A stretch of DNA of 64,000 nucleotides from an uncultured virus (IMG/VR IMGVR_UViG_3300044846_004358) (IMGVR_UViG_3300044846_004358), one strand, 5' to 3'. Positions 28,700 through 38,093 are shown, counted from the stretch's first letter. A program made the numbers and translations. The notes: generated by a model not told the origin, from the sequence alone.

Positions 28700-29027
28700 T
28701 GAATCTCAATATGACGAACTAAATAAGATTGATGATGTCTATGATGGATTGAAACCTTATTTTAGGAGGAGAATTAAATATATTAATATTCCTGAGGCAA
28801 TTGATAGGGTAATTAAAAATATTGACAGATTTTATGATAAGACCGCGACATTTCATTATTTAGTTACAAGGGTTATTAGTAATGTCGTATGGGAAACTAT
28901 ACCTGATGAAATGGGTGCAAATACTAATATGGAATTATTTGAATATCACGATACAATGGCCGCCAACATAATGGACAAGTATGGTGAATACATTAAAAGA
29001 TTGGTTAGAAAAAGAATGGATAAATGA
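28683..29027 (+). CDS. Class-D leader hypothetical protein (paralog pair 1b)
   Basis: ESQYDELNKIDDVYDGLKPYFRRRI...NVVWETIPDE. Confidence 0.78.
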   Translation: MRIIINESQYDELNKIDDVYDGLKPYFRRRIKYINIPEAIDRVIKNIDRFYDKTATFHYLVTRVISNVVWETIPDEMGANTNMELFEYHDTMAANIMDKYGEYIKRLVRKRMDK

Positions 29028-29599
29028 AGGTAATAATAACTGAAGAACAATTTGATAAGTTCACAACTAAGATTAGACAACTAATTGACAACCAAGGTTT
29101 TATTGAGGCGAGTGAAATGATGGGTATCAATAAATTGAAGCTTGCTGAAATGAGTAATCTTCCTATAAAAGGTGATATCAGAGATTCAAGATTTACTGAT
29201 GATAATGAAATTGTTGCAAGTGATTTGTTGTCTGATTTGGTAAAGAAAGATGACAAATATAAAACTTGTAATCTTGAATATTTTATTGATGGAGTATTAT
29301 TGTGGGAATGTAGATTTAAGGATGAGGAAAATTATTATTATGTTGGTGTTGATGCAACACCATATTGGGCGGGTTATGAGAAAACACAAGTATCTATAAC
29401 AAATATTCATATAGCACCAATTGATTCACCTGAGGACAAAGAAGAATATGTAATAAACATATATGATGAAGAGTTTGATTGTCCTAAATCATTTGAAAAT
29501 GTGAGTGAATTTGTTGATTGGTTTGAGAATGAATATAAACCAAAAACATATAATTACATTAAAACTTTACTTGATAGATTTAAAAAAGAACAATTATGA
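29024..29599 (+). CDS. Class-D leader hypothetical protein (paralog pair 2a)
   Basis: KLKLAE.S.LPIKGD, CRFKD.ENYY, ATPYW, FDCPKSFEN shared with 30369..30935. Confidence 0.8.
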   Translation: MKVIITEEQFDKFTTKIRQLIDNQGFIEASEMMGINKLKLAEMSNLPIKGDIRDSRFTDDNEIVASDLLSDLVKKDDKYKTCNLEYFIDGVLLWECRFKDEENYYYVGVDATPYWAGYEKTQVSITNIHIAPIDSPEDKEEYVINIYDEEFDCPKSFENVSEFVDWFENEYKPKTYNYIKTLLDRFKKEQL

Positions 29600-30369
29600 A
29601 AATAATAATAACTGAAGAACAACATAGATTGATTAAAGAATCAAAAGGAAAATTGGCCAAGATTAGTTTGAAATCTTTACCTGGTGATTCTAATGAAGAG
29701 AGATATCTTAACTTTATGAAACTATATAAGAAGGCCAAGGAAGCTAAAGGTTTCACTGGTATTCATATCATTGATGATTTGAACTTGAGCACGGCATTTA
29801 TTAAATCATTGGGTGAGATTAAGAAAATTGATGGTGATTTATATTTAAGATTTTCATTTGTTGAAGACCTTGGTGATTTGGAATATGTTGGTGGTAATGT
29901 GTATTTGAAAGGGTCTGACCATTTAAAATCTCTTGGTAATCTTAGAGAAGTTGGTGGTGAATTGTCTATTGAAGATTGTGTTGAATTGGAAGATTTGGGT
30001 CAATTGGAAACTGTTAAAACCATTAAAGGATTGGAGACCACAAAGGTTACAAGTTTGGGTAATCTTAAAGAAATTGGTTATCTTTGGGGAGGTAATGATG
30101 TAGATATTACCGAAAATATTAAATCATTGGGTGAGTTGAGAAAGGTTGAAAAGTATCTTGATTTAAGTAAAAGTAAAATTGAAACTTTGGGTAACTTGGA
30201 ATATGTTGGTGATTGGTTAGATTTAACCGATTCTCGAGTAGAAGATTTGGGTAATTTGAAGTTTGTTGGTTCTAGTATGAGTATATGGAGAACTCCATTA
30301 TCTAATAAATATGACCCCAATGAAATCGAAGAAATGGTTGATATTCAAGGGGTATTAAATTACGACTAA
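29596..30369 (+). CDS. Class-D leader plus LRR-like repeat protein 5
   Basis: LGNLEYVGDWLDLTDSRVED-type repeats (about 8). Confidence 0.82.
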   Translation: MKIIITEEQHRLIKESKGKLAKISLKSLPGDSNEERYLNFMKLYKKAKEAKGFTGIHIIDDLNLSTAFIKSLGEIKKIDGDLYLRFSFVEDLGDLEYVGGNVYLKGSDHLKSLGNLREVGGELSIEDCVELEDLGQLETVKTIKGLETTKVTSLGNLKEIGYLWGGNDVDITENIKSLGELRKVEKYLDLSKSKIETLGNLEYVGDWLDLTDSRVEDLGNLKFVGSSMSIWRTPLSNKYDPNEIEEMVDIQGVLNYD

Positions 30370-30935
30370 TGAAAATAGTAATTACAGAAAATCAAATGGA
30401 TAAGTTTGCCCAAAAATTAAGAATGGGTATTGAAAAACATGGGTTCACTGATACTGCCAGAATGACAGGTATGAATAAGTTGAAATTAGCTGAACTTAGT
30501 GGATTACCAATCAAAGGAGATACATTCCATAGTGAAAACGAAATTGTTGTTGGTGATTTACTTAGAGATTTGGTTAATCAAAATAGAGAATACAAAACTT
30601 GTGAATTACATTATTCTGGATTAGAGGGTATAGTTGAATGGAATTGTAGGTTTAAGGATGATGAAAACTATTATAGATTAACTATTGCTGCTACACCATA
30701 TTGGGATGGTAATAATACACCTATTGATATGTTTAATGTTGAAGTAACTCCAATTTACTCACCTGAGGATAAAAAAGAGTTTGAAACTATTAATGATTAT
30801 TTACACGAATTCGATTGTCCTAAATCATTTGAAAATGCTAATGAATTGATGGATTGGTTTAGGGAAATCTATATTCCAAAAACATATGATATTATTGTAA
30901 AAAGTTTAGAGGATTTTAAGGAGAGGGAATTGTAA
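30369..30935 (+). CDS. Class-D leader hypothetical protein (paralog pair 2b)
   Basis: Paralog of 29024..29599. Confidence 0.8.
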   Translation: MKIVITENQMDKFAQKLRMGIEKHGFTDTARMTGMNKLKLAELSGLPIKGDTFHSENEIVVGDLLRDLVNQNREYKTCELHYSGLEGIVEWNCRFKDDENYYRLTIAATPYWDGNNTPIDMFNVEVTPIYSPEDKKEFETINDYLHEFDCPKSFENANELMDWFREIYIPKTYDIIVKSLEDFKEREL

Positions 30936-31427
30936 CTATCTCAAATTATGATTTATATCTAAATCTATTTTCATTGGTGTAAATGGTACAACAATATCAT
31001 AAATAATATCATCTATTTCACTTTGTATTTCCCACCAAAAATCTTTTTCCCACAAATCAGAGTCCCATAAGTCATATGTTTCACCATCAATTAAAATTAG
31101 TGTAACTTCACCCTTTAATATTTTTACATATACAGCCCAAGTATCATTCATTCCCCAATCAATATCTGTAATCATAAAATTAAAATCATATCCACCAGTT
31201 TTAATTTCAAAATCTTTTATTGAGAACTCTTTATCAATGAAGAAATCTTTGGCCAAATCAATTGGTGTGGTGTCAAGTGTTTTGGCAACATTATTAACAC
31301 CAAATAATTTGATAGATTCGATTAATCCTTTTTTTTCAATTAGATTAATCATTTTATCTTTGGGTGATATTGATTCATTTACCCCCATCATTTCTTGTAT
31401 TCTATTTAATTGTTCTTGTAGGTTCAT
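30936..31427 (-). CDS. Hypothetical protein with class-F leader (MNLQEQLNRIQEMMG)
   Basis: Leader DNA near-identical to that of the upstream gene. Confidence 0.8.
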   Translation of the reverse strand: MNLQEQLNRIQEMMGVNESISPKDKMINLIEKKGLIESIKLFGVNNVAKTLDTTPIDLAKDFFIDKEFSIKDFEIKTGGYDFNFMITDIDWGMNDTWAVYVKILKGEVTLILIDGETYDLWDSDLWEKDFWWEIQSEIDDIIYDIVVPFTPMKIDLDINHNLR

Positions 31428-31801
31428 TTTACAATTGCAGGTATTTTATCAACATTTAACAAATTTAATAGGTTTGCTCTATGATTTCCATCTTTTAAAT
31501 GATAAGTATCATCAGGTAATTTAATTAATAATACTGGGTCAGATTTAACATATTTGTATATTGATTCAATAATTTCTGGCATTTCTCTTAATTTGAGTAT
31601 CAAATCTTTAAATGAATTAAAATTGGGTAAGTCAAAATTTTCTTCATTTGATATATGCTTTAATAAACTAACCATTGATTCAGGAGTAAATCCTTGTGTC
31701 CCTACTGAACCATTTGGTCTTCTGAGTTCATCAGTTGGAATTAATTTATAATCAATCCCCATCATTTCTTGTATTCTATTTAATTGTTCTTGTAAGTTCA
31801 T
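31424..31801 (-). CDS. Class-F leader plus ParB/Srx-like domain
   Basis: DPVLL...YHLKDGNHRA...IPA; start moved to 31801. Confidence 0.7.
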   Translation of the reverse strand: MNLQEQLNRIQEMMGIDYKLIPTDELRRPNGSVGTQGFTPESMVSLLKHISNEENFDLPNFNSFKDLILKLREMPEIIESIYKYVKSDPVLLIKLPDDTYHLKDGNHRANLLNLLNVDKIPAIVK

Positions 31802-31802
31802 A

Positions 31803-32750
31803 TTACCATTGTCTATTATGTATGTTGATTGAGTCAATAACATCTATTTTAACATTACCATATTTTTTCAATTCGTGTTTCAGCTCATATATAAATTGAT
31901 TTTCGTCAATATATCTAAGATATGAGTATTTTATTACAATTTGAATTGTGTTGTCACTCGTAATATCTACAACTTTTGCTTCTACTAATGCTTCTAAAAA
32001 ATCACAAGTATCTATGGATATGTTCCTATCATCTATACTATCTAATTCACAGTCCTTTTTCATACCATCTATAGATTTATCAATTAGTTTTTGGAATGCT
32101 AATAGTTTTCTGTTTGAATCTTCTTTTAATGATTTCACGCCTTCGCCATCATCTGACCACATTTCTTTCTTTCCAAGTATTTCTATTGATTTGAAATCTT
32201 TACAAGCAATATTAATCAATCCTTCTTCGTGTGTTACAAAACCATTAAAACCTTTTGACTCTATGAAATCTAAAAACTTATCTGTTTCCAAGATTGCCCA
32301 AGAATCATTGAACTTGGTTAAAAAATAATATAATAATCCCACCATATCATCTTCATCTCCACCAGCATCAATATAATATTCCATTACTTCATTTATGCTA
32401 TCCACACCAGTTTTTTCCCATTCATTTAGAAAGTAACTTAGGTTGTCTTCAAACAATTCTAATACTTCATCTTTATAATCTTCCAAGGTATATTTTATAC
32501 CATAATCATTAATATGTTTGAAGGTGTTGAATATTTTGTTGGGGTCAAATTGTAATTTAACTTTATATGTATATTTCCTGTCGATAAATGTGTTTGGTTC
32601 ATTACTGAAGAAAAGATAGTTAGTTCTCTTGTCTTTATTGATTTGGGTGTTAAATGAATTGATATCATAATCTGAGTTGTGATAAAAAATACCACCACCT
32701 GATTCAGTTTGTTCCCTCAATATTCTTCTTATTGTTTGTTTTAGGTTCAT
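31803..32750 (-). CDS. Class-C leader protein, possible ADP-ribosyltransferase-like N-terminal module
   Basis: MNLKQTIRRILRE; FYHNS...F...YLFFS and GFNGF...IA motifs recall ART-like domains of polyvalent proteins (weak). Confidence 0.5.
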   Translation of the reverse strand: MNLKQTIRRILREQTESGGGIFYHNSDYDINSFNTQINKDKRTNYLFFSNEPNTFIDRKYTYKVKLQFDPNKIFNTFKHINDYGIKYTLEDYKDEVLELFEDNLSYFLNEWEKTGVDSINEVMEYYIDAGGDEDDMVGLLYYFLTKFNDSWAILETDKFLDFIESKGFNGFVTHEEGLINIACKDFKSIEILGKKEMWSDDGEGVKSLKEDSNRKLLAFQKLIDKSIDGMKKDCELDSIDDRNISIDTCDFLEALVEAKVVDITSDNTIQIVIKYSYLRYIDENQFIYELKHELKKYGNVKIDVIDSINIHNRQW

Positions 32751-33130
32751 TTCTTTGTCTTTTTTGATTCATAATACCAAGAAGTATCGTTATAAGAATC
32801 TAAGGTAGAAACACCCATAGATATACCACCTTTGAAAAAATCTTGTACTAAATCTCTAATTGTTTTTTGTATTTCTCTTCTTTTATTATGGACTTCATCA
32901 GCTTCATTCTCAGTAAAAGGTCTTTTGAATAAAACTGAAATCCTACAAACTTTTCCATAATCAGTGTCATAAATATCAACAACAACACCATAATAATTGT
33001 CGTTTTTGATTGTTTCAGGTAAATCTGTTTCCACTTGTTTTGATATATACCTTTCCATTTTGGTTCTTTCACCAATATCAGTATATTCTTCCCTCAATAT
33101 TCTTTTTATGGTTTGTTGTATATTATTCAT
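32747..33130 (-). CDS. Hypothetical protein with class-C leader (MNNIQQTIKRILREE)
   Basis: 127-aa ORF; ATGA overlap with the downstream gene. Confidence 0.78.
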   Translation of the reverse strand: MNNIQQTIKRILREEYTDIGERTKMERYISKQVETDLPETIKNDNYYGVVVDIYDTDYGKVCRISVLFKRPFTENEADEVHNKRREIQKTIRDLVQDFFKGGISMGVSTLDSYNDTSWYYESKKTKK

Positions 33131-33440
33131 TACAGGTTCTTACATATTTTGATTTCATAACTATTGTTTGGTTGGTAAAATCGTAAACCAAATCCCAAGC
33201 TTCGTTCATTATTGAATCGTGTTTTTCTTTGGCATAAAACGATACTTTACCTCTATGAACGATGAATGTAAATGTTACTTCATAACTTTCTCCATCAACA
33301 GATTGTACAACCTCAACACCACATAAAATATCTTTATTATGTTTAACTAATAGTTTATTTAACAGATTTTCAAGGATTGGTGATAAATCCTTTTGAGTTT
33401 CTTCCCTCAATATTCTTCTTATGGTTTGTTCTAATTTCAT
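33123..33440 (-). CDS. Hypothetical protein with class-C leader (MKLEQTIRRILREE)
   Basis: 105-aa ORF. Confidence 0.78.
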   Translation of the reverse strand: MKLEQTIRRILREETQKDLSPILENLLNKLLVKHNKDILCGVEVVQSVDGESYEVTFTFIVHRGKVSFYAKEKHDSIMNEAWDLVYDFTNQTIVMKSKYVRTCNE

Positions 33441-34840
33441 TTCTTTGTCTTTTTAACGCAATTAGGATATCTTTTACCAAACATTGTTTTCATTCCTTTT
33501 TGAGTATAATCAGGCCAACATTTTTCTGTTAATTCACCCTCTCTGATTTCCCCTTGTTTTCCCATATGACTGAATACTTTTCTAATATTTTTAGGAAGTG
33601 AATTGATTGGTATTATCTTTGCTTTGATTGTTTCTAACCCTTTTCTTATTGCTTTTTGTGCTCTGTGGTGACCATCTATGATTGATATAAATGAACCATC
33701 GTCTTCAACAAATATTAGTATTGGATATTGTAAATCGGCCTTATCTATTTTTTTTATTTCATCTTCATCACCATCCCATGATAATAGTTTTGACTTTAAC
33801 TTTTCTACTGGTATCTTTTTAATTGGAATATCTTTAGTCGCGTCTAATAAATCAATAAGAGTAATTCTATCACCTTCATCATTTTCCCAAAATGTATCGT
33901 GTAAACCTTCTTTTTGTAATCTTATTGTCTTTTGTTTTGATTTTTCTTTTTGTGTTTCGATATAATCATAAGCTCTTTTCAATCTTTTCTTTGTCTCAGG
34001 GTCTTTGGCATTTTGATAAGCAGCTCTCACCCTTTGATGAATAAGATTAATGATTTGAGATTGTCTTTTGTGAGGTTTTGATTTGAAACTTTCTTTGTTC
34101 AAGGTATCAACAATATCCTCTTTGGTTCTAAACTTAACTGAAACTGTATCTTTTGGATTTTCGTCAGTATATAACCTTCTACTAGAACCTTCAGGTTTTT
34201 TACCAGTACCAACTTTGGGGTCAGCTTCATCAATTTCTTCTCTATTATAGGGTCTAAATCGATTGGGGTTAGCTTTGATTGCTGACTTTGGAAATCTTAG
34301 ACCTGCACCTTGTTGTCTTGCATTTTTCAAGGTTCTTGCATACTCAGACATTTCTTCATCCAATTTTTCTGTATTTGTTCTGTATTGTTTATACAAGTTT
34401 TTGAAGAAACTATTGTTTTTTAACAAATCTCCAAATTTCAAATACAATAATTTTGGTGTATCAGGTATTATCCATTCTGTTGTTTCAAAATTAACTAATT
34501 TGGAATGGAAATCATCAATTGTAACATCAATAATAAATTCAATAACATTATCCATTGGATTATTTTTCAATCTAGGATAAAATGTACCAGGTCTTTCTCT
34601 CATCCAAGACATTGTGTCAAATAACGAATTTTCGAATTCTTCATCAGTAAAAATTGTTTCGAAAGGATTATATTTTTCTAATAATTCTTTTTCTGTCATA
34701 TGTAACATATTAGACAATCTATTGATATCATTACCAAACATTTTTAATGTGGTAACTAATCCATACTTGTCCAAAGTTTTTTGAACTTTTTCTGCATGGG
34801 ATTCTTTGAGTATTCTTTTTATTATATTTCTTATCTCCAT
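33437..34840 (-). CDS. Multi-module class-C leader protein including a ParB/Srx-like domain
   Basis: MEIRNIIKRILKE; GTGKKPEGSSRRLYTDENPKD module; ADLQYPIL...IIDGHHRAQKA; terminal CW.DY...G.K...GK..PNCVK module. Confidence 0.75.
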   Translation of the reverse strand: MEIRNIIKRILKESHAEKVQKTLDKYGLVTTLKMFGNDINRLSNMLHMTEKELLEKYNPFETIFTDEEFENSLFDTMSWMRERPGTFYPRLKNNPMDNVIEFIIDVTIDDFHSKLVNFETTEWIIPDTPKLLYLKFGDLLKNNSFFKNLYKQYRTNTEKLDEEMSEYARTLKNARQQGAGLRFPKSAIKANPNRFRPYNREEIDEADPKVGTGKKPEGSSRRLYTDENPKDTVSVKFRTKEDIVDTLNKESFKSKPHKRQSQIINLIHQRVRAAYQNAKDPETKKRLKRAYDYIETQKEKSKQKTIRLQKEGLHDTFWENDEGDRITLIDLLDATKDIPIKKIPVEKLKSKLLSWDGDEDEIKKIDKADLQYPILIFVEDDGSFISIIDGHHRAQKAIRKGLETIKAKIIPINSLPKNIRKVFSHMGKQGEIREGELTEKCWPDYTQKGMKTMFGKRYPNCVKKTKK

Positions 34841-36744
34841 TTTGCTTGTGGTAATAATTTCTTTCCGTGTTTAATCAATTCTTTTTTCACATATTCTTTT
34901 TCCTCAATTGAACTGAATAATTCTTCTCTTTCATCCGCCCATTCATCGATAATATCATCCATTTTCATTTTCCTTGTTTTTGCCTGAGTATAAAAACCTT
35001 GTAAATAAGCATCCTTTTCTTTTGGTGTTAATACTTCTTCGGCAAATGTATCGGTGGGTATTTCTTCGACCTTTTTATATGGATTCTCAGATTGATATAA
35101 ATGTTCTATTTCGTGTCTTAATACATCTTTTAACTCAGCAAACAATTTATTGAGATTCTCCATCTTGAAATTCGTATCAATATAAATCTGTAAATTAACA
35201 ACATCTATGCTATCTTCATCGTCCCACTTTTGTTCAGCATGAATATCATATGGTGTGCGTATATCTTCAGTTATAGCTGTAAGCCTCACAGTAAAAGTAG
35301 TTGTTGAATACTGTTCTTCCTCCTCTTCGTCATCATATTCTTCATCATCCATAAAATCTTCATAGTCGAATTCTTCTTGGAAATATTCTTCCTCCCATTC
35401 AAGTTCTGTTGATTCTTCATCCCTGATGAAATCCATTAACTCTCTTTTTATATCTCTCCAAATCTGTAATATGGTTTGACTATATCTTCCTTCAGTCAAA
35501 ACATCCTTGGATATTCCCATCATTTCGTGTATTCTATTTATTTGTTCGTTCAAATTTGAATTCTTCAAATTTTTGGATGTCCTAACAAATTCATAAACAT
35601 CATCACAAATTTTAATATTTTTTAAATTTTTGATTGGATAGAGGTCTCTTTTATTTTCAAAGGTTGTGAAATATTCAATATAATTTTCAACATCATAATA
35701 TGAAATACAACCTAATTCCATTCTTTTCAATAACCAACTCAATTTTTCATAATTTGGATACAATTTTACCATTTTTTCAAACAATCCGTAATCCACTATT
35801 GAGGGAGCATAAATACTTTCTAATTCATCTATTTTTGCTTGTGTTATGTTTTCAGTCCAAGCCAATCTTTCCTCCTCTTCTTTTTTTCTTTCCTCCTCTT
35901 CTTTTTTTCTTTTTTCCAATTCTTTTTCCTCTTCTTTTTTCGATAACTTTTCAAGAAAATTATTTTGAGCTTTTGGTGCTAAATCTCTTGCTATTTTCAT
36001 TAGTTGTTCACAAGTATCTGAAAATTCATCGAATTTATTATTTTTGTTTTTACACTCTGAGTCATAAAAGGGGCTAATTTGTATGGGAGTTTCAGGATTA
36101 TTTTTTTGATGGAAAACAACAAGATAATCTTTATTTATGTAGTCTACAAATTTTCGTTTATTTGTTAATGTACAAAATCTAACATAATTATTCCTATTAC
36201 GATTTTCACAATCCCCCAATATATTCTTGTATGCTTTGTACATAGGTTCATACATGTATTCGTACTCAAGATTATAGTCAAGATGAGGAATTACAAAAAC
36301 TTGATATCCACTATGGACACCCATATATTCAATAAAATTTTCATTTAGTTTTTTGATATCAGAAAAATTTATAAAATGTTCATCTTCAAATGAAATTTTA
36401 TCAATTAATTCATTTGATATTGAAATAAAATTTTTGACATCTGAACAAGTTTTTATCTGACCTAAATCTTTTATTGGAAAATTTTTTTTATGTTTATCGA
36501 AAATTTTGAAATATTCCACAAAATCAGGTATTTTATTATACGAAATACAATTTGATTCTAATTTTTTCAAAATCCATATGAATTGTTGGTATTCCTTGAA
36601 TGTATTTTTCAATTCGTCAAATTTTTCTGACGTAACTATTTTTTTTTCATCGACATATTTGTACCGAACCTCATTAGGATTATATACTTCAGTAAGAAGT
36701 CCCATCATTTCGTGTATTCTATTTATTTGTTCTTGTAGTTTCAT
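34831..36744 (-). CDS. Multi-module protein with two class-F leaders, an internally duplicated domain and a C-terminal HExxH module
   Basis: EQINRIHEMMG at the N-terminus and internally; two W.LK..E..CISY...EYF..F...PIK.L..IK.C.DV repeats; LRHEIEHLYQ. Confidence 0.8.
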   Translation of the reverse strand: MKLQEQINRIHEMMGLLTEVYNPNEVRYKYVDEKKIVTSEKFDELKNTFKEYQQFIWILKKLESNCISYNKIPDFVEYFKIFDKHKKNFPIKDLGQIKTCSDVKNFISISNELIDKISFEDEHFINFSDIKKLNENFIEYMGVHSGYQVFVIPHLDYNLEYEYMYEPMYKAYKNILGDCENRNRNNYVRFCTLTNKRKFVDYINKDYLVVFHQKNNPETPIQISPFYDSECKNKNNKFDEFSDTCEQLMKIARDLAPKAQNNFLEKLSKKEEEKELEKRKKEEEERKKEEEERLAWTENITQAKIDELESIYAPSIVDYGLFEKMVKLYPNYEKLSWLLKRMELGCISYYDVENYIEYFTTFENKRDLYPIKNLKNIKICDDVYEFVRTSKNLKNSNLNEQINRIHEMMGISKDVLTEGRYSQTILQIWRDIKRELMDFIRDEESTELEWEEEYFQEEFDYEDFMDDEEYDDEEEEEQYSTTTFTVRLTAITEDIRTPYDIHAEQKWDDEDSIDVVNLQIYIDTNFKMENLNKLFAELKDVLRHEIEHLYQSENPYKKVEEIPTDTFAEEVLTPKEKDAYLQGFYTQAKTRKMKMDDIIDEWADEREELFSSIEEKEYVKKELIKHGKKLLPQAKWR

Positions 36745-36747
36745 ATA

Positions 36748-37740
36748 TTACTTTAATGTTGATTCCAAATATTTTAAGTCCTTAATTTGTTGTTCTTCAT
36801 CTCTGTTGAAAACTTCGAATGGGAAACTTTTAAGTCCTAAGTTGTATGCTGCTAATAATCTGTGTCTTCCATCACTTATACCAATTTTTGGTACATCATA
36901 ATATTGTTTTTGACTATTCTTATCATACTCAAAACTTTCAACATATAACATTGTTGGTTGGTATGCTTCGACATTTGGATTTTTCAGATATTCCATTGCC
37001 TTTTCTAATCTATCCCCAATTCTTACACCTTGATTTCTTATATCAAAACCTGAACCCATATCTTTACCAACTCTTTCCAATACTTTTTCTGGTGATAAGA
37101 ATATTATTGTTGAGTCACTATATCTTTTAACAATTTGTTTGGTACTCCAATCAATATTAAATCCTCCTTGTGTTTCAGTTGACTTGGTTGTTTGACCTGA
37201 ACTTATATTACCATAACTTTGTTTAAGATATTGGAATAATGCTTTTATTAACTCTAACATTGAGTTGTTATCTTTGATTGTTAAATTGTAATATCTTTCA
37301 ATTTTTGGTTTCAAAGTATTGATATCTGATGTTGGGGTTTCTTTGATTTCGTTTACAACTTTTTGAATATCATTGTACAAGTAGTACATATACTTAAAAT
37401 ACTCATTAAACTTTTCAAACCCCAAACTACTAGTTGATTCACTTTCTAATAATGGAGATACCTCTGAATTTGATGTTTTGTTAATTAGATTTAATATCTT
37501 TTCAGCATTTGTTCCTGTTAAAAATATTTGATTAAAAAAGGTATCTAATTTTTTTGAGAAAACTTGGATGAATGTTAGAACATTTTCTTTGTTATTTCTT
37601 GAATTGTTTTGGTGTATTTCTCTTAATTGTTTGTATATCTCGTCAACATAGATTTGATTCCCAAGTAGATATTCAACTTCTTTACTAATTGAAGTAGTTT
37701 CTTCCATCAAAATGTTTCTGATAATTTTTTGTAGTTTCAT
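36748..37740 (-). CDS. Class-C leader protein with C-terminal ParB/Srx-like motif
   Basis: MKLQKIIRNILMEE; ISDGRHRLLAA; TATTTAT motif at 37746-37752. Confidence 0.72.
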   Translation of the reverse strand: MKLQKIIRNILMEETTSISKEVEYLLGNQIYVDEIYKQLREIHQNNSRNNKENVLTFIQVFSKKLDTFFNQIFLTGTNAEKILNLINKTSNSEVSPLLESESTSSLGFEKFNEYFKYMYYLYNDIQKVVNEIKETPTSDINTLKPKIERYYNLTIKDNNSMLELIKALFQYLKQSYGNISSGQTTKSTETQGGFNIDWSTKQIVKRYSDSTIIFLSPEKVLERVGKDMGSGFDIRNQGVRIGDRLEKAMEYLKNPNVEAYQPTMLYVESFEYDKNSQKQYYDVPKIGISDGRHRLLAAYNLGLKSFPFEVFNRDEEQQIKDLKYLESTLK

Positions 37741-37756
37741 AACATATAAATATTAA

Positions 37757-37787
37757 AAAAGGTGATAAGTTTGACCTATCACCTTTT
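37757..37787. terminator. Intrinsic terminator
   Basis: AAAAGGTGATA / TATCACCTTTT stem. Confidence 0.75.
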
Positions 37788-37805
37788 AAAGTTTGTTTTT
37801 TGTTT

Positions 37806-38093
37806 TTACATTGGTAATGTTGGGTCAGAAGGAGTTTCTGTGGATTCTTTGTCTCCTCTTTTGGAAACAATCCATTTGTCAACAGATGCGATACCGAATG
37901 AAGCGATTGTTAGATACATAAATCCATCAAAGATAAATTGATTGATTAACAATTCTTTTCCTGTTACACCAGTAACGATATCAACACCCATAGCAATAAC
38001 CATCATCATAAAGGAAATGAAACCAACAACAGATTTTTCGTTGATGTCATTTTGGTCTTTGAACATTTCAATGAAGAAGTACTTTTTTTTCAT
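37806..38093 (-). CDS. Small two-TM membrane protein (holin candidate)
   Basis: Two hydrophobic helices and a charged C-terminal tail; own TATTTAT motif (38111-38117) and terminator. Confidence 0.55.
   Translation of the reverse strand: MKKKYFFIEMFKDQNDINEKSVVGFISFMMMVIAMGVDIVTGVTGKELLINQFIFDGFMYLTIASFGIASVDKWIVSKRGDKESTETPSDPTLPM

Noticed and set aside
26046..30369. Diversity-generating retroelement driving LRR variation
   Set aside because: No reverse transcriptase in the window and no template/variable repeat pair differing only at adenines
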